From IMG/VR virus record IMGVR_UViG_3300032320_001165, positions 1-42,335 of that record: a stretch of 42,335 bases of DNA, one strand, 5' to 3'. Below the pieces are notes generated by a model that did not search any database, was not told the origin of the DNA, and worked only from the letters and a program-made list of their open reading frames with translations. The first letter of the stretch is position 1; each line of letters starts with the position of its first letter. Shown piece after piece: positions 9,026 through 18,054 of this stretch. The stretch comes from a virus. Taxonomy: Duplodnaviria > Caudoviricetes. Position numbers and translations under genes: made by a program.

Positions 9026-9778
9026 TTATCTGAACAATATCTTACCAATTGTTCCGCCGGAGCTATCAAACTTGACTCTTAAGAACACATGGCACCCATT
9101 AATATTATAATAATCAGTGTTGCTATAATTGGCGTATTCGACTGGTTCGGTAATATCATACCACTCACCGATTGAGCCGGTTACTGAACCCTGAATCTTA
9201 GAAGTACCTATAAACCCAGTATATCCAATTTGAATTGTATAACTATCGGTATCTTTGCTAACAAGGGTTTCACTATAATATGTCACTGGTGCCTCGACAG
9301 TAGGTTCTTCGTGTGGCATTAATCCTATTGAAGTTGATTTTACATATTTAGGTAACGTGCTATCAAGTATCTCAATGACTCCCCTACCACCTGAGTTATC
9401 ATCTACGAATACAGGGAACTCAAAAGTATTGTCCGGTATAGACAGTGAATAATAACACAATGCACTGTCCATTTCTAATGACTCATTCATTGTTACTGTA
9501 AGTGTAGCAATTCCAGTCAAAGGTAATAAGGGTGTTAGTGCTTTCTGCAATAAAACCTCTGAGCCATCATAGCTCATAAGTCTGCATGTTAATGTTTTAC
9601 CCGTGATGTTAACTGGTTTTTGTTCTTGGTTTAAGAATTGGAATTGAAGTTTATTATCAACTCCTTTATGGATTTTTAGGTTTTTAGAATACACGGTTTG
9701 ATATCTCCTGTTGGATGCTCCCGAGTACAAAACTACAGTTTGTCGTGGGATAAAGTATGTTACTGATGTAGAGTACAC
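9026..9778 (-). CDS. Probable virion structural protein (beta-rich)
   Basis: Ser/Thr-rich 250 aa; CTAAATA late-like motif at 9797-9803; SD AGGAG. Confidence 0.55.
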   Translation of the reverse strand: MYSTSVTYFIPRQTVVLYSGASNRRYQTVYSKNLKIHKGVDNKLQFQFLNQEQKPVNITGKTLTCRLMSYDGSEVLLQKALTPLLPLTGIATLTVTMNESLEMDSALCYYSLSIPDNTFEFPVFVDDNSGGRGVIEILDSTLPKYVKSTSIGLMPHEEPTVEAPVTYYSETLVSKDTDSYTIQIGYTGFIGTSKIQGSVTGSIGEWYDITEPVEYANYSNTDYYNINGCHVFLRVKFDSSGGTIGKILFR

Positions 9779-9860
9779 GAAAAGGCTCCTTTACTATATT
9801 TAGTTAAAAATAATATAATGGTTAACCAAATCTGATAAATATCCGTAGACAACAAAAACA

Positions 9861-10241
9861 ATGATTTCAAACGAATTCTTCAACAAACTAACGCAAAATC
9901 ACCCATTTATCACAGTCTGTTCCTATGCAGGACAAGATTATGTTGGTATAGTACAAAATAGGGATGATATTGTTACCACTATCTACGATTACGGATCAAT
10001 AATAGATCAGGTACTGCGTGATAGGTTCTTAGAGTTAGGAGATATTTGGTGGTGGGAATCTAATCGTTTAGTACCTATCAACATGTTTTTAAAGGATGAT
10101 TGGTCTATGTTTAGACCCTATTTAAGAACGTTCAACAATAAAAGTCTTACTGTAGTTCACGGTCCAATATGTAGTATGTTAGAGTTAGCAAAGCGCAAGA
10201 GTAAGCGCAAATCAATTACTTTGGTCAAGCGTCTTAGCTGA
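9861..10241 (+). CDS. Conserved-looking phage hypothetical protein
   Basis: Fills the gap between minus-strand genes; ATAAATA at 9835-9841 on the plus strand. Confidence 0.75.
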   Translation: MISNEFFNKLTQNHPFITVCSYAGQDYVGIVQNRDDIVTTIYDYGSIIDQVLRDRFLELGDIWWWESNRLVPINMFLKDDWSMFRPYLRTFNNKSLTVVHGPICSMLELAKRKSKRKSITLVKRLS

Positions 10242-10805
10242 TTCTGCTAACAAGTTCATGTGTACTACCACTAAGTGAGCATATGCACAGGAATGGCTAC
10301 GCTTGAATGTATACCCATCTGAATCTTTATCCCAAACAGTCTTTGCAACTTCTTTCCAAGATAGCCCAATCAAATGTTTTTTTGCAGGCCGAATAACTGC
10401 TAGAAACATTGCTAGTCTAGGAATGCTATCAATAGGTTCAGGCATCTTTCGCATACTTTGATAGTGATTACTTAAGTGTATGAGCTTCTCAACAAAAATT
10501 TTATCATTTAACTTAGCCCAATCAGGGTCACGCATCAAACTTATTAGATGTTCTTCGTCACGTATCTTATCATATACATGTACATTCAAAAAATCCAATT
10601 TAATATAACCACGTTGTTCTGCCACAGTATAATCAAGTGTAGACATTTCGTTAATAGCATCGTATGGAATGTCGGTTACATATATACCAGTTGAATGTTT
10701 ACGCATAGGAGTTACTTTCCTCATTGCGGCTGGAACATGTTTGATATGTTGTAATATATTGTCTCTGTTGCCAAAGTCAATGTCAATGTCACTATTGAAT
10801 TTCAT
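10212..10805 (-). CDS. Miniature DNA polymerase III alpha (DnaE)-like catalytic core
   Basis: SDIDIDF, RKHSTGIYV, GYIKLDFL, LAVIRPA and GYTFKRSHSCAYA correspond, in order, to DnaE PD(I/F)DxDF, HAGGVV, GLxKxDFL, ALxRPG and GYxFNKSHxxAYA. Confidence 0.85.
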   Translation of the reverse strand: MKFNSDIDIDFGNRDNILQHIKHVPAAMRKVTPMRKHSTGIYVTDIPYDAINEMSTLDYTVAEQRGYIKLDFLNVHVYDKIRDEEHLISLMRDPDWAKLNDKIFVEKLIHLSNHYQSMRKMPEPIDSIPRLAMFLAVIRPAKKHLIGLSWKEVAKTVWDKDSDGYTFKRSHSCAYAHLVVVHMNLLAESAKTLDQSN

Positions 10806-11353
10806 CGGGTTACTAATTCTGCTTTAATTAATTTCATATATGCTTGTTGCACTACAACAGCCTGACGCTCTGCATCTTCCACTGCTCTGTGACTTGTGAT
10901 ATGTCCGTCTGCTTTAAGTTTAACACCAGTAATATCATAGATAGTTCGTGTGTCTCTTATATTCCAGAAGTTCCAAGGAGGCAACTGTTTAAAATTTCTC
11001 CATGCACTCTCCATTACAACAATGTCAAAACTTGCACCGTTACTCCATACCTTACCATTGTTATACTTCCAGCACCACTTGTATAATGTATCCATACATT
11101 CTTTAAACGACACCCTATCTCTATCACCCAATGCTTCTTCTTGTGCGGCTTCACTTTGTGTACTCCACCAACGCAATGTGTCTTCGTTGATAGTTCTATT
11201 AAACAAATCTGTTTGGTCTTCTATTGTCGGACGTAATTCTAATCGTTCAATCATGCCTAAACCTTTAGGATCAAACAATACAGCACCAATGGTAAGTATC
11301 ACACAGTCTGGCCCTGTATCTAAACTCTCAATGTCAATCATTATATCGGCCAT
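10802..11353 (-). CDS. DEDDh 3'-5' exonuclease
   Basis: IMIDIESL (ExoI), WSNGASFD (ExoII), HRAVEDA (ExoIII); start set at MADIMID. Confidence 0.88.
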   Translation of the reverse strand: MADIMIDIESLDTGPDCVILTIGAVLFDPKGLGMIERLELRPTIEDQTDLFNRTINEDTLRWWSTQSEAAQEEALGDRDRVSFKECMDTLYKWCWKYNNGKVWSNGASFDIVVMESAWRNFKQLPPWNFWNIRDTRTIYDITGVKLKADGHITSHRAVEDAERQAVVVQQAYMKLIKAELVTR

Positions 11354-11354
11354 A

Positions 11355-11654
11355 TTATACTTTCCACAATTCGTACATAGTTTTAAACTTATCATCCCAC
11401 AATACTATTATAACATTTCCTGAGGTTAAAAGAAAGTCCCAACCCATACCTCTTTCACCGAAATTACGCCTACACCATTTTACAATGACGGTTGGATCTT
11501 CTTTTTTACCCTTACAATCATATACATACTGTACTTTATTGCCACGACTCATGTAGGTTCGATCAATAACCCCATAATCTATTTGGTCTTCTCTTACGGG
11601 TAATGATACAAAATTACCGCTAGGTTTCATTATCGCCATCTTAATATAAACCAC
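11355..11654 (-). CDS. Small hypothetical protein, WC..FG / YELW paralog family
   Basis: KWCRRNFG...KTMYELWKV. Confidence 0.65.
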   Translation of the reverse strand: MVYIKMAIMKPSGNFVSLPVREDQIDYGVIDRTYMSRGNKVQYVYDCKGKKEDPTVIVKWCRRNFGERGMGWDFLLTSGNVIIVLWDDKFKTMYELWKV

Positions 11655-11899
11655 TCAGCATCTTTAGATTCTTCAAACGCAAACTTAACACCATGATTCA
11701 TAAACTCACCCATACAATTATTAGCGCACCAATCAGCAATATCAACGGCGTGATAGCGACTATTAAACGGGGGAAGTTCCACTTGTATCCAATTTAATAC
11801 GCTAACAAGTACATCATAATCAATTTCCTTTGACATATCACTTGCTAGTTTATCTAGAATTTCATGTTCAATGTTCATTCCCATTTTAATACAAACCAT
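11630..11899 (-). CDS. Small hypothetical protein, FxLRW paralog family
   Basis: ADWCANN...FAFEESKDAEWFILRWR. Confidence 0.7.
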   Translation of the reverse strand: MVCIKMGMNIEHEILDKLASDMSKEIDYDVLVSVLNWIQVELPPFNSRYHAVDIADWCANNCMGEFMNHGVKFAFEESKDAEWFILRWR

Positions 11900-12138
11900 T
11901 CTAAATCTTTTTTATCACGAAACCAAAATTTACTATTGTTCATATACCATCTCATGTGTGGAGACCATACACCATCAATTGCAGTTGGCCCATATGTATT
12001 GCTACACCAGTCTTCTACGTGCTTCCACATCCACCGTGAATTCTCATTATAAACTACCCAGTCAAGACTAGGATGTACAGTATAATATTTCTCACCATAC
12101 ACCTTACCTTCTGATAAAATTAAGTTCATTATCCCCAC
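11875..12138 (-). CDS. Small hypothetical protein, FxLRW paralog family
   Basis: EDWCSNTYG...FWFRDKKDLEWFVLKWE. Confidence 0.7.
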   Translation of the reverse strand: MGIMNLILSEGKVYGEKYYTVHPSLDWVVYNENSRWMWKHVEDWCSNTYGPTAIDGVWSPHMRWYMNNSKFWFRDKKDLEWFVLKWE

Positions 12139-12356
12139 CTCAACATAAAATAACTAGCATTGCTATCATTATAAAAAGTAAAAATTGCCCTACGTTCTCT
12201 TATAGGATCAAAGTTAGTGCTATAAGTAAAGTTATCGTATTCTGGTTTATGATACGCAAAATCAAAATCTATCCCTAACTTCCAACCCATTTGTTTTAAT
12301 TCACCGACTATGTTTATAGTAGTGATAGCATCAACAAATAGCGTAACTTGTGCCAC
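12129..12356 (-). CDS. Small hypothetical protein, FxLRW paralog family
   Basis: FTFYNDSNASYFMLRWG. Confidence 0.7.
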   Translation of the reverse strand: MAQVTLFVDAITTINIVGELKQMGWKLGIDFDFAYHKPEYDNFTYSTNFDPIRERRAIFTFYNDSNASYFMLRWG

Positions 12357-12357
12357 A

Positions 12358-12558
12358 TCAACCCCATCTTAATTCAAAATGAATAGCATCACGCTCATCT
12401 TTGAAATAAAAATCCATATAATCTCCTGTAGTGTACGTTTCGTACTTATGACCTGGTAAACCAAACTGTTCCACTACCCATGCTAGCGTTTCATTCCATT
12501 TGGGAATGTCATCAATGTTTATCTTCCATATAATACGAACCCTAGTACCCGCCGGCAT
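12358..12558 (-). CDS. Small hypothetical protein, FxLRW paralog family
   Basis: LAWVVEQFG...FYFKDERDAIHFELRWG. Confidence 0.7.
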   Translation of the reverse strand: MPAGTRVRIIWKINIDDIPKWNETLAWVVEQFGLPGHKYETYTTGDYMDFYFKDERDAIHFELRWG

Positions 12559-13264
12559 TTAACAACTCTTTAATTTGTTTAACCACCTCAGTGTCTCTCT
12601 TAAACTTGATAGCCCATTGTTCTGGGTTTATGTAATCAATAATCATTTTAACATGGTCTGTATTTAAAGTATCTAAGAAACGTGTACCACTTTCACTTTG
12701 ATACAACATCCATGGGCTAATCTTTCCGGTTGTGATAGCGTAACATATCTTGTTTACGTTGCCATATCTCAATAAATCACGTGGTTGAATGTTTGCGTCT
12801 TTAGCTAATTCAATAGTATGTTCTATACCACGATGTATAGCATCAAATGGATCTTCTTTCCGAAGATAATCTTGTAAGAAGGTAGTATAATTAGAATCAG
12901 TACTCCAGTTGTCTAGCTTGATGTTTTCTTTAAGTAGCCAATCAACATATCTACTGACATTCAATACATTGACTTCGCTACAATAGTGACCAAATTTTAC
13001 AAAGGCCGTGTAGTAAGCACTTTTAATAAATTCTTCATAAGTCTTGTTCTTGGTTCGACTCATACTGTTCTTTGCATAGAACTGTAACCAGCTTTGAAAA
13101 CCCAAGCGATTTCCTTTTATGTCACGATTCAACCATCGTTGTTTTTGTTCACAGATGTGGCTAATTAAAGTTCGTTCTCTTACGAATTCACGATTACAAA
13201 ACTCACAACTATGCTTAGTCTCAGCTATTACCGCTGTCTTTTTCATATTGTCTAATTTCATCAT
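12542..13264 (-). CDS. Hypothetical protein with N-terminal C2H2/C2HC-type zinc finger
   Basis: HSCEFCNREFVRERTLISHIC = C-x2-C-x3-F-x5-L-x2-H-x-C. Confidence 0.7.
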   Translation of the reverse strand: MMKLDNMKKTAVIAETKHSCEFCNREFVRERTLISHICEQKQRWLNRDIKGNRLGFQSWLQFYAKNSMSRTKNKTYEEFIKSAYYTAFVKFGHYCSEVNVLNVSRYVDWLLKENIKLDNWSTDSNYTTFLQDYLRKEDPFDAIHRGIEHTIELAKDANIQPRDLLRYGNVNKICYAITTGKISPWMLYQSESGTRFLDTLNTDHVKMIIDYINPEQWAIKFKRDTEVVKQIKELLNAGGY

Positions 13265-13823
13265 CTGTTACTATTTCCGATAATGTTTCTATATCAGCTT
13301 GTTTTAGATTAGGATATTTGTTTGCAAGGTATACTTTTTTCTTGTGACTAGTTACAAATGCTTCACTGATAGCATATAGATTAGCTTCACTTGCCTTAGG
13401 ATAAATCTTCCCGAAGTATTCACGCACATCTTTTTCTTTGGGTGTTTCTTTAAGCTGTGTTACTTTACTAGACAAGTGTGGTAGCCATTGATGAAACTGT
13501 TTTCCTATTCCTGGACTGGCAGCACATAACATTTGCCACTGTAGCTTAGGATGTTTGCTCACATATTCATTGAACAAATGTTTGTTTGCATGGTATTCAG
13601 TACTTGCTAGATAGTAGCTTTGAAGATCACTGCTAGCCTTAATAGCACTCATCCAATGCGTCATCATATAAGGTACGAACTTCTTTTGTTGCTCGTCTGT
13701 TAACCTATCGATATACTCATAGTCTTTTTTATCCAATGCGGCTAATGCATTGAACAAATCAAAATCTATGTTCTCGAATTTTTCTTCTTTAGGTACTGCC
13801 GCTTTTTTAGTTGCCATTATCAA
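13221..13823 (-). CDS. Probable clamp-loader small subunit (T4 gp62-like)
   Basis: DLFNALAALDKK..KKFVPYMMTHWMS..HPKLQW..FHQWL pattern, size and replication-cluster context. Confidence 0.55.
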   Translation of the reverse strand: MIMATKKAAVPKEEKFENIDFDLFNALAALDKKDYEYIDRLTDEQQKKFVPYMMTHWMSAIKASSDLQSYYLASTEYHANKHLFNEYVSKHPKLQWQMLCAASPGIGKQFHQWLPHLSSKVTQLKETPKEKDVREYFGKIYPKASEANLYAISEAFVTSHKKKVYLANKYPNLKQADIETLSEIVTDDEIRQYEKDSGNS

Positions 13824-14320
13824 AACGCCTGTGAATAATCTACAATTTCACAATTTCTGCTAATCTCTTTTACAAAATATACACACCGTGGTTTTTCAGT
13901 GTCATCGATAGGTACGCACAAAAACTGTCCGTTCTTTAATCGAGGTGCATACCAAGTTACGTCATGGTAAATGTCTACGATTTCAATATCCAAGAAGCTA
14001 GGCCTAAATGCTGATAGTGGATTAAATTCATATGCTTTAAATCCTCTATCATTGATGCTAGTAAGAGGTAGTGTTTCTAAATCACCCATATCAGGTTCAC
14101 CGATAAGTATCTGCCAGTCCACCGGCATCTTTACTACTTTGTTACCTATCTTTAGTACTAGTGCAGGACTATTAAATGACTCTAAAAAGATTAAAGGAAT
14201 GTAATGGTAATCTACATTCTGTGGATTGCTGTTATCTAATATAGCAAAACGTAAATCGTCTACCTCATCAGGTAAAGTCTCTAAGTTATAATAAGTATCG
14301 TCAAGGGTTAAAATTCTCAT
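13820..14320 (-). CDS. Conserved-looking hypothetical protein, possible degenerate Hint fold
   Basis: 166-aa beta-rich ORF with its own sigma70-like promoter (14327-14355). Confidence 0.7.
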   Translation of the reverse strand: MRILTLDDTYYNLETLPDEVDDLRFAILDNSNPQNVDYHYIPLIFLESFNSPALVLKIGNKVVKMPVDWQILIGEPDMGDLETLPLTSINDRGFKAYEFNPLSAFRPSFLDIEIVDIYHDVTWYAPRLKNGQFLCVPIDDTEKPRCVYFVKEISRNCEIVDYSQAF

Positions 14321-14332
14321 ATTGTTATTGTA

Positions 14333-15811
14333 TCACTTATACTTAATTTTTTCAACATCAAACGGGTAGTTAGCCTCTTTATAAAAGGTCTTTCGTTGTG
14401 TCAAATGACGTTTGGCAAACTTACAACTACTAGTGATATCCCAAATATTCACAAAGTCTTTGTCTTCTGCTTTACGAATTCCTCGTCCGATACTTTGAAT
14501 AACTCGAACGAAACTCTTGCCCGGCTCAATCAATACTACGTTAAAGATCCTAGGAATATTAATACCAACTGCGGCTACACCATAAGTCGCAATGATAATC
14601 TTGTTGGTAGCTGTTGCAATATCATCATATTGTTCTGTCCTATCTGTTGCCTTTGTACCACCTGAAACAAATGCAACAGCGTCTTCGGGTATACCCAATT
14701 GTTCAAGTTTAAGGTGTAGAATCTTACCGGCTTCAATTCTGTCTACTAAGACCAGTGTGTTACCAGTATCTTTAATTCCAAAAATACGTTTGGCAATGCA
14801 ATCCATACGTTCGCTATTTTCAACTAGATATTTAAGTTCAGTTTGATAGTTGGGAAACTCAACTGAATCTTGTAGTTGTAAAATGTTAACATGACAATTG
14901 CTTAGTACACCTTGATCCTGTAACTCACTTGCTGATAGTTTGCCGATAACCGGGCCTAAGCTAACAGTTAAAGACATTGATTCAAACTTAGCTTTAGGTA
15001 TAGTGCCGGTCAATCCCCAACGTAATGGAATGTGACTCATTACACCAGTGAGTAATGTTTTTAATACATCAGCCTTAGCTTGATGAACCTCATCGACAAT
15101 AACACATACTACACCTTCTAAGAAGTCACCTATACCAACTTCAGCCTCACCGGACTTAGTATTCTTAAGCATGTTGCCTAATGATTGCCATGTACAAATA
15201 GTATGTGTCTTATTAAATTCTTTTCTACCACCATAGTATACACCAACATCAAGACCTAAGTTAATATAGTCTGCTTCTGTTTGTGTTACAAGACTAGTAT
15301 TAGGGACAATGACAATTGAACGACCATATTGTTCCATAGTATAACTGAGTGCGGCCGTGATTAGTGTTTTGCCTGCACCAGTAGCAATCTCTTGTAATGA
15401 TTGTGGGTTTTTAAGATAGTTATTTATAATCTCAATTTGATAGTCTCGCAATACAACAGGTTCTCCTGCTTTAGGATGCTTTGCTGGCCATACTTTATGT
15501 TTAAAAGTTTGTTCTGTCACTTCCAAAAAAGAAAAAGAAGTTTGATATGTTCGTGTATCTTCTAACTCAATATCATATCCTGAATTTTCTAGTACCGGTA
15601 AAATCTCAGGTAGCAAGTTGATATAACTTGAACCTCCTAGACTGAAGTAACTGGTTTTTCCATTCCACCTACCTAATCGGACACTTGGCAAATACCTTGC
15701 ACCCGGAACTTCAAATTCAAATAGTTTCATTAGAGCTTTACGCTCTCCTAATTCTAGTCCTTCTATCTTTACATTTACTTCGTCTTTGACGATTATTTTA
15801 CATTGTTTCAT
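14333..15811 (-). CDS. uvsW: SF2 DNA helicase (UvsW-like)
   Basis: LRDYQ, ATGAGKT, DEVH, GLTGT, GINIP, QSIGRGIR. Confidence 0.92.
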   Translation of the reverse strand: MKQCKIIVKDEVNVKIEGLELGERKALMKLFEFEVPGARYLPSVRLGRWNGKTSYFSLGGSSYINLLPEILPVLENSGYDIELEDTRTYQTSFSFLEVTEQTFKHKVWPAKHPKAGEPVVLRDYQIEIINNYLKNPQSLQEIATGAGKTLITAALSYTMEQYGRSIVIVPNTSLVTQTEADYINLGLDVGVYYGGRKEFNKTHTICTWQSLGNMLKNTKSGEAEVGIGDFLEGVVCVIVDEVHQAKADVLKTLLTGVMSHIPLRWGLTGTIPKAKFESMSLTVSLGPVIGKLSASELQDQGVLSNCHVNILQLQDSVEFPNYQTELKYLVENSERMDCIAKRIFGIKDTGNTLVLVDRIEAGKILHLKLEQLGIPEDAVAFVSGGTKATDRTEQYDDIATATNKIIIATYGVAAVGINIPRIFNVVLIEPGKSFVRVIQSIGRGIRKAEDKDFVNIWDITSSCKFAKRHLTQRKTFYKEANYPFDVEKIKYK

Positions 15812-16890
15812 TTGTACTCTATATAAATTCCGCTACTATTCACTATCTGTATCGTCTTCGCAACATGTTTAGTAGATCCGTGTGCAGTGAAAGTACTCAT
15901 GTTAATTTTAACTGGCATCTCACATTTTCGCAAGTTAATGTTACTTTTATCTTTTGATAGGTTACCCGCTTTACTTTTTAAAACCCTATGTGTAATGTTG
16001 TTAGCTTTTAATAAATTAGCTAATTCCATAACAATATTTTTGTTTGTTCCAAACCACTCGGATAACAAAACCATGTCTGCTTTAATATTTTTCAAATTCT
16101 CTATCAGTCTAGTAGTATCAGTAATTTCAATTTTCGGCTGTGGGTCTAAAGCAAAAATAAGTTTATTCATAACTTCATCAGTGCCGCCTAACTCATCATG
16201 TATGTCACTTATTAGTGCAGGGTCAATTCTAATTCCCATTCTACTTAGTCTAGCAAGAGTATGATATTCTGTATTCAATGGTAAGTGTTCAATTGCTTCC
16301 ATCAATGATGGATTTGCGGCCATGACATATAGATTACCGTTGATCCTTGCAAGAGTAGGATTCCAATATCGAATGTCCTTATGTTCTTTTACTGTATCAA
16401 TTGCCTGTTGAACAATAGAACAATAGTTTACTTTGTCATAATGTTCAGTAACTATTTCCAAGATTGATTTCAATGTTTGTTCTGATGCTACCGCAGACCA
16501 CATTTTATTTTCTCGGTCCCAATTCATATATTCAAGATTCTTTAGTTCTTTTACAAAATCCTTTTTGTAAGGACTATGAATAATTATAGTAGTATCATCC
16601 ATAATAGAGACATGAGCCTCAGTATATATAGGTGAACTTTCAATAGGAGGAACAGTCCAAGACAACTTAACCAATTCAATACTACTTAATTCGGCCTTTG
16701 CTAATTGACGTTGATATCGTAAAACAATTTTGTCTAACAATGCGGATTGATTTGTAGTAACTGATTTACCTGCGGCAATATTAAGTTGCAACAAGTTATT
16801 TACAAACTTTTTATCGTAAGTGCCCAAACTTATATACTTTGATAGATAATCTACCAATTGTTCTTTAGTATTAGGCTTTTTTGTCATCAT
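15808..16890 (-). CDS. Hypothetical protein with central HARP-like domain
   Basis: IIHSPYKKDFVKELKNLEYMNWDRENKMWS resembles HARP-type domains; overlaps the uvsW start (ATGA). Confidence 0.6.
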   Translation of the reverse strand: MMTKKPNTKEQLVDYLSKYISLGTYDKKFVNNLLQLNIAAGKSVTTNQSALLDKIVLRYQRQLAKAELSSIELVKLSWTVPPIESSPIYTEAHVSIMDDTTIIIHSPYKKDFVKELKNLEYMNWDRENKMWSAVASEQTLKSILEIVTEHYDKVNYCSIVQQAIDTVKEHKDIRYWNPTLARINGNLYVMAANPSLMEAIEHLPLNTEYHTLARLSRMGIRIDPALISDIHDELGGTDEVMNKLIFALDPQPKIEITDTTRLIENLKNIKADMVLLSEWFGTNKNIVMELANLLKANNITHRVLKSKAGNLSKDKSNINLRKCEMPVKINMSTFTAHGSTKHVAKTIQIVNSSGIYIEYK

Positions 16891-16932
16891 TCATTATATA
16901 CTTATACAGGTAGTAACACAATACTTACTGGC

Positions 16933-16956
16933 AAAAAAAGGGGACCTAAGTCCCCT
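16933..16956 (-). terminator. Rho-independent terminator
   Basis: Minus strand GGGGAC-TTAG-GTCCCC-T7. Confidence 0.88.
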
Positions 16957-17049
16957 AAAATTTAAAAGAAAGAAACTACCTACCAACTACCAACCGAAAC
17001 CTTTATCGAAACGGACTTATTGACATTGCCGTTACGCACACTGCAGGGG

Positions 17050-18054
17050 TTATGCCTTCATGCAAGTTGCTTTAGCAAGTTCGCGCCAGTTAGCACTAAT
17101 CTTAACTAAGTCAGCAACCTTTAAACACATACGCAAGGACACTTCACGCAATTTTGTATGATTGTCCCAGATGAACGACATAATTTCGTCTGTCTGTTCT
17201 TGTGTAAAATCATAATCAGCAAACAAACCACCATCAGCATCACGATGCACTTGTTTGATACGCAACATTTTGTCACGCTCACTATCAACTGTCAGGTCCA
17301 GAAAGTGACAACGACTTTGCAACGCATCTAAGTGAGGTTGCATCTTGCCAGCTTTTTTTGCATCAAACGATTTGTTTGTAATGAAAATAATTGAGCCGTT
17401 GAAGTTGAAACTATTAGGGATACCTTCTTCACGCAAAATACGTGAATCTTTATTCCAAGAAATTCTACGTGTCTTGCCTGAATCAAGCGCACCTTTCAGT
17501 ACATTGATAGCATCCTGATCTTCCCAGATATCACAATCATCAAAAACAAGAACGTTTTTAGCATCACTAAATTTGTACAACTTAGCAAACAAGCCGATAC
17601 CTGACATAGCACCTTTGACAACTTCAAAGCGAACTTTTTTGCTTGCAAGTCTGTCAAACATACTTGCTTTTTCCATTTGCAAGTTTACACCGTGTGACTT
17701 ACCGATACCTGCAGGACCTGTCACAATCATAGCACGAATATCACCACTGATACATGCCTTAGACATTTCATCAAGTACTGCAAAACGTGTCGCAATACGG
17801 TCCATTGCCTCTACTTCTGACTCTGTTACAGTTTCTTTAACATGAGTAGAGGGCTTGCCTGACAAAAATTCAATAGAATCTTGTTTGTCAACATTCACCT
17901 TAACAGTATCTCCCCAACCGGGGAACTGTCCGTCATTTTTTACTGTCACAAAACCACCTTTAACACCCACTTGATATCCTTTAACAAGAGTGAACACTTC
18001 ATTCTTAACGTCAATTTTACGATAAGAACCTGACTTAATACGAATAGTAGACAT
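17050..18054 (-). CDS. AAA+/P-loop ATPase (early gene)
   Basis: GPAGIGKS Walker A, VLVFDDCD Walker B, FITN sensor, ALQSR arginine finger. Confidence 0.85.
   Translation of the reverse strand: MSTIRIKSGSYRKIDVKNEVFTLVKGYQVGVKGGFVTVKNDGQFPGWGDTVKVNVDKQDSIEFLSGKPSTHVKETVTESEVEAMDRIATRFAVLDEMSKACISGDIRAMIVTGPAGIGKSHGVNLQMEKASMFDRLASKKVRFEVVKGAMSGIGLFAKLYKFSDAKNVLVFDDCDIWEDQDAINVLKGALDSGKTRRISWNKDSRILREEGIPNSFNFNGSIIFITNKSFDAKKAGKMQPHLDALQSRCHFLDLTVDSERDKMLRIKQVHRDADGGLFADYDFTQEQTDEIMSFIWDNHTKLREVSLRMCLKVADLVKISANWRELAKATCMKA

Noticed and set aside
10212-10805. dnaE pseudogene
   Set aside because: Catalytic motifs are kept in one frame with internal deletions, a coupled start and no flanking remnants; this fits streamlining better than decay, pending a homolog check
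16957-17049. tRNA or hammerhead ribozyme
   Set aside because: No cloverleaf or TTCRA arm and no CUGANGA core on either strand; kept only as a generic ncRNA candidate
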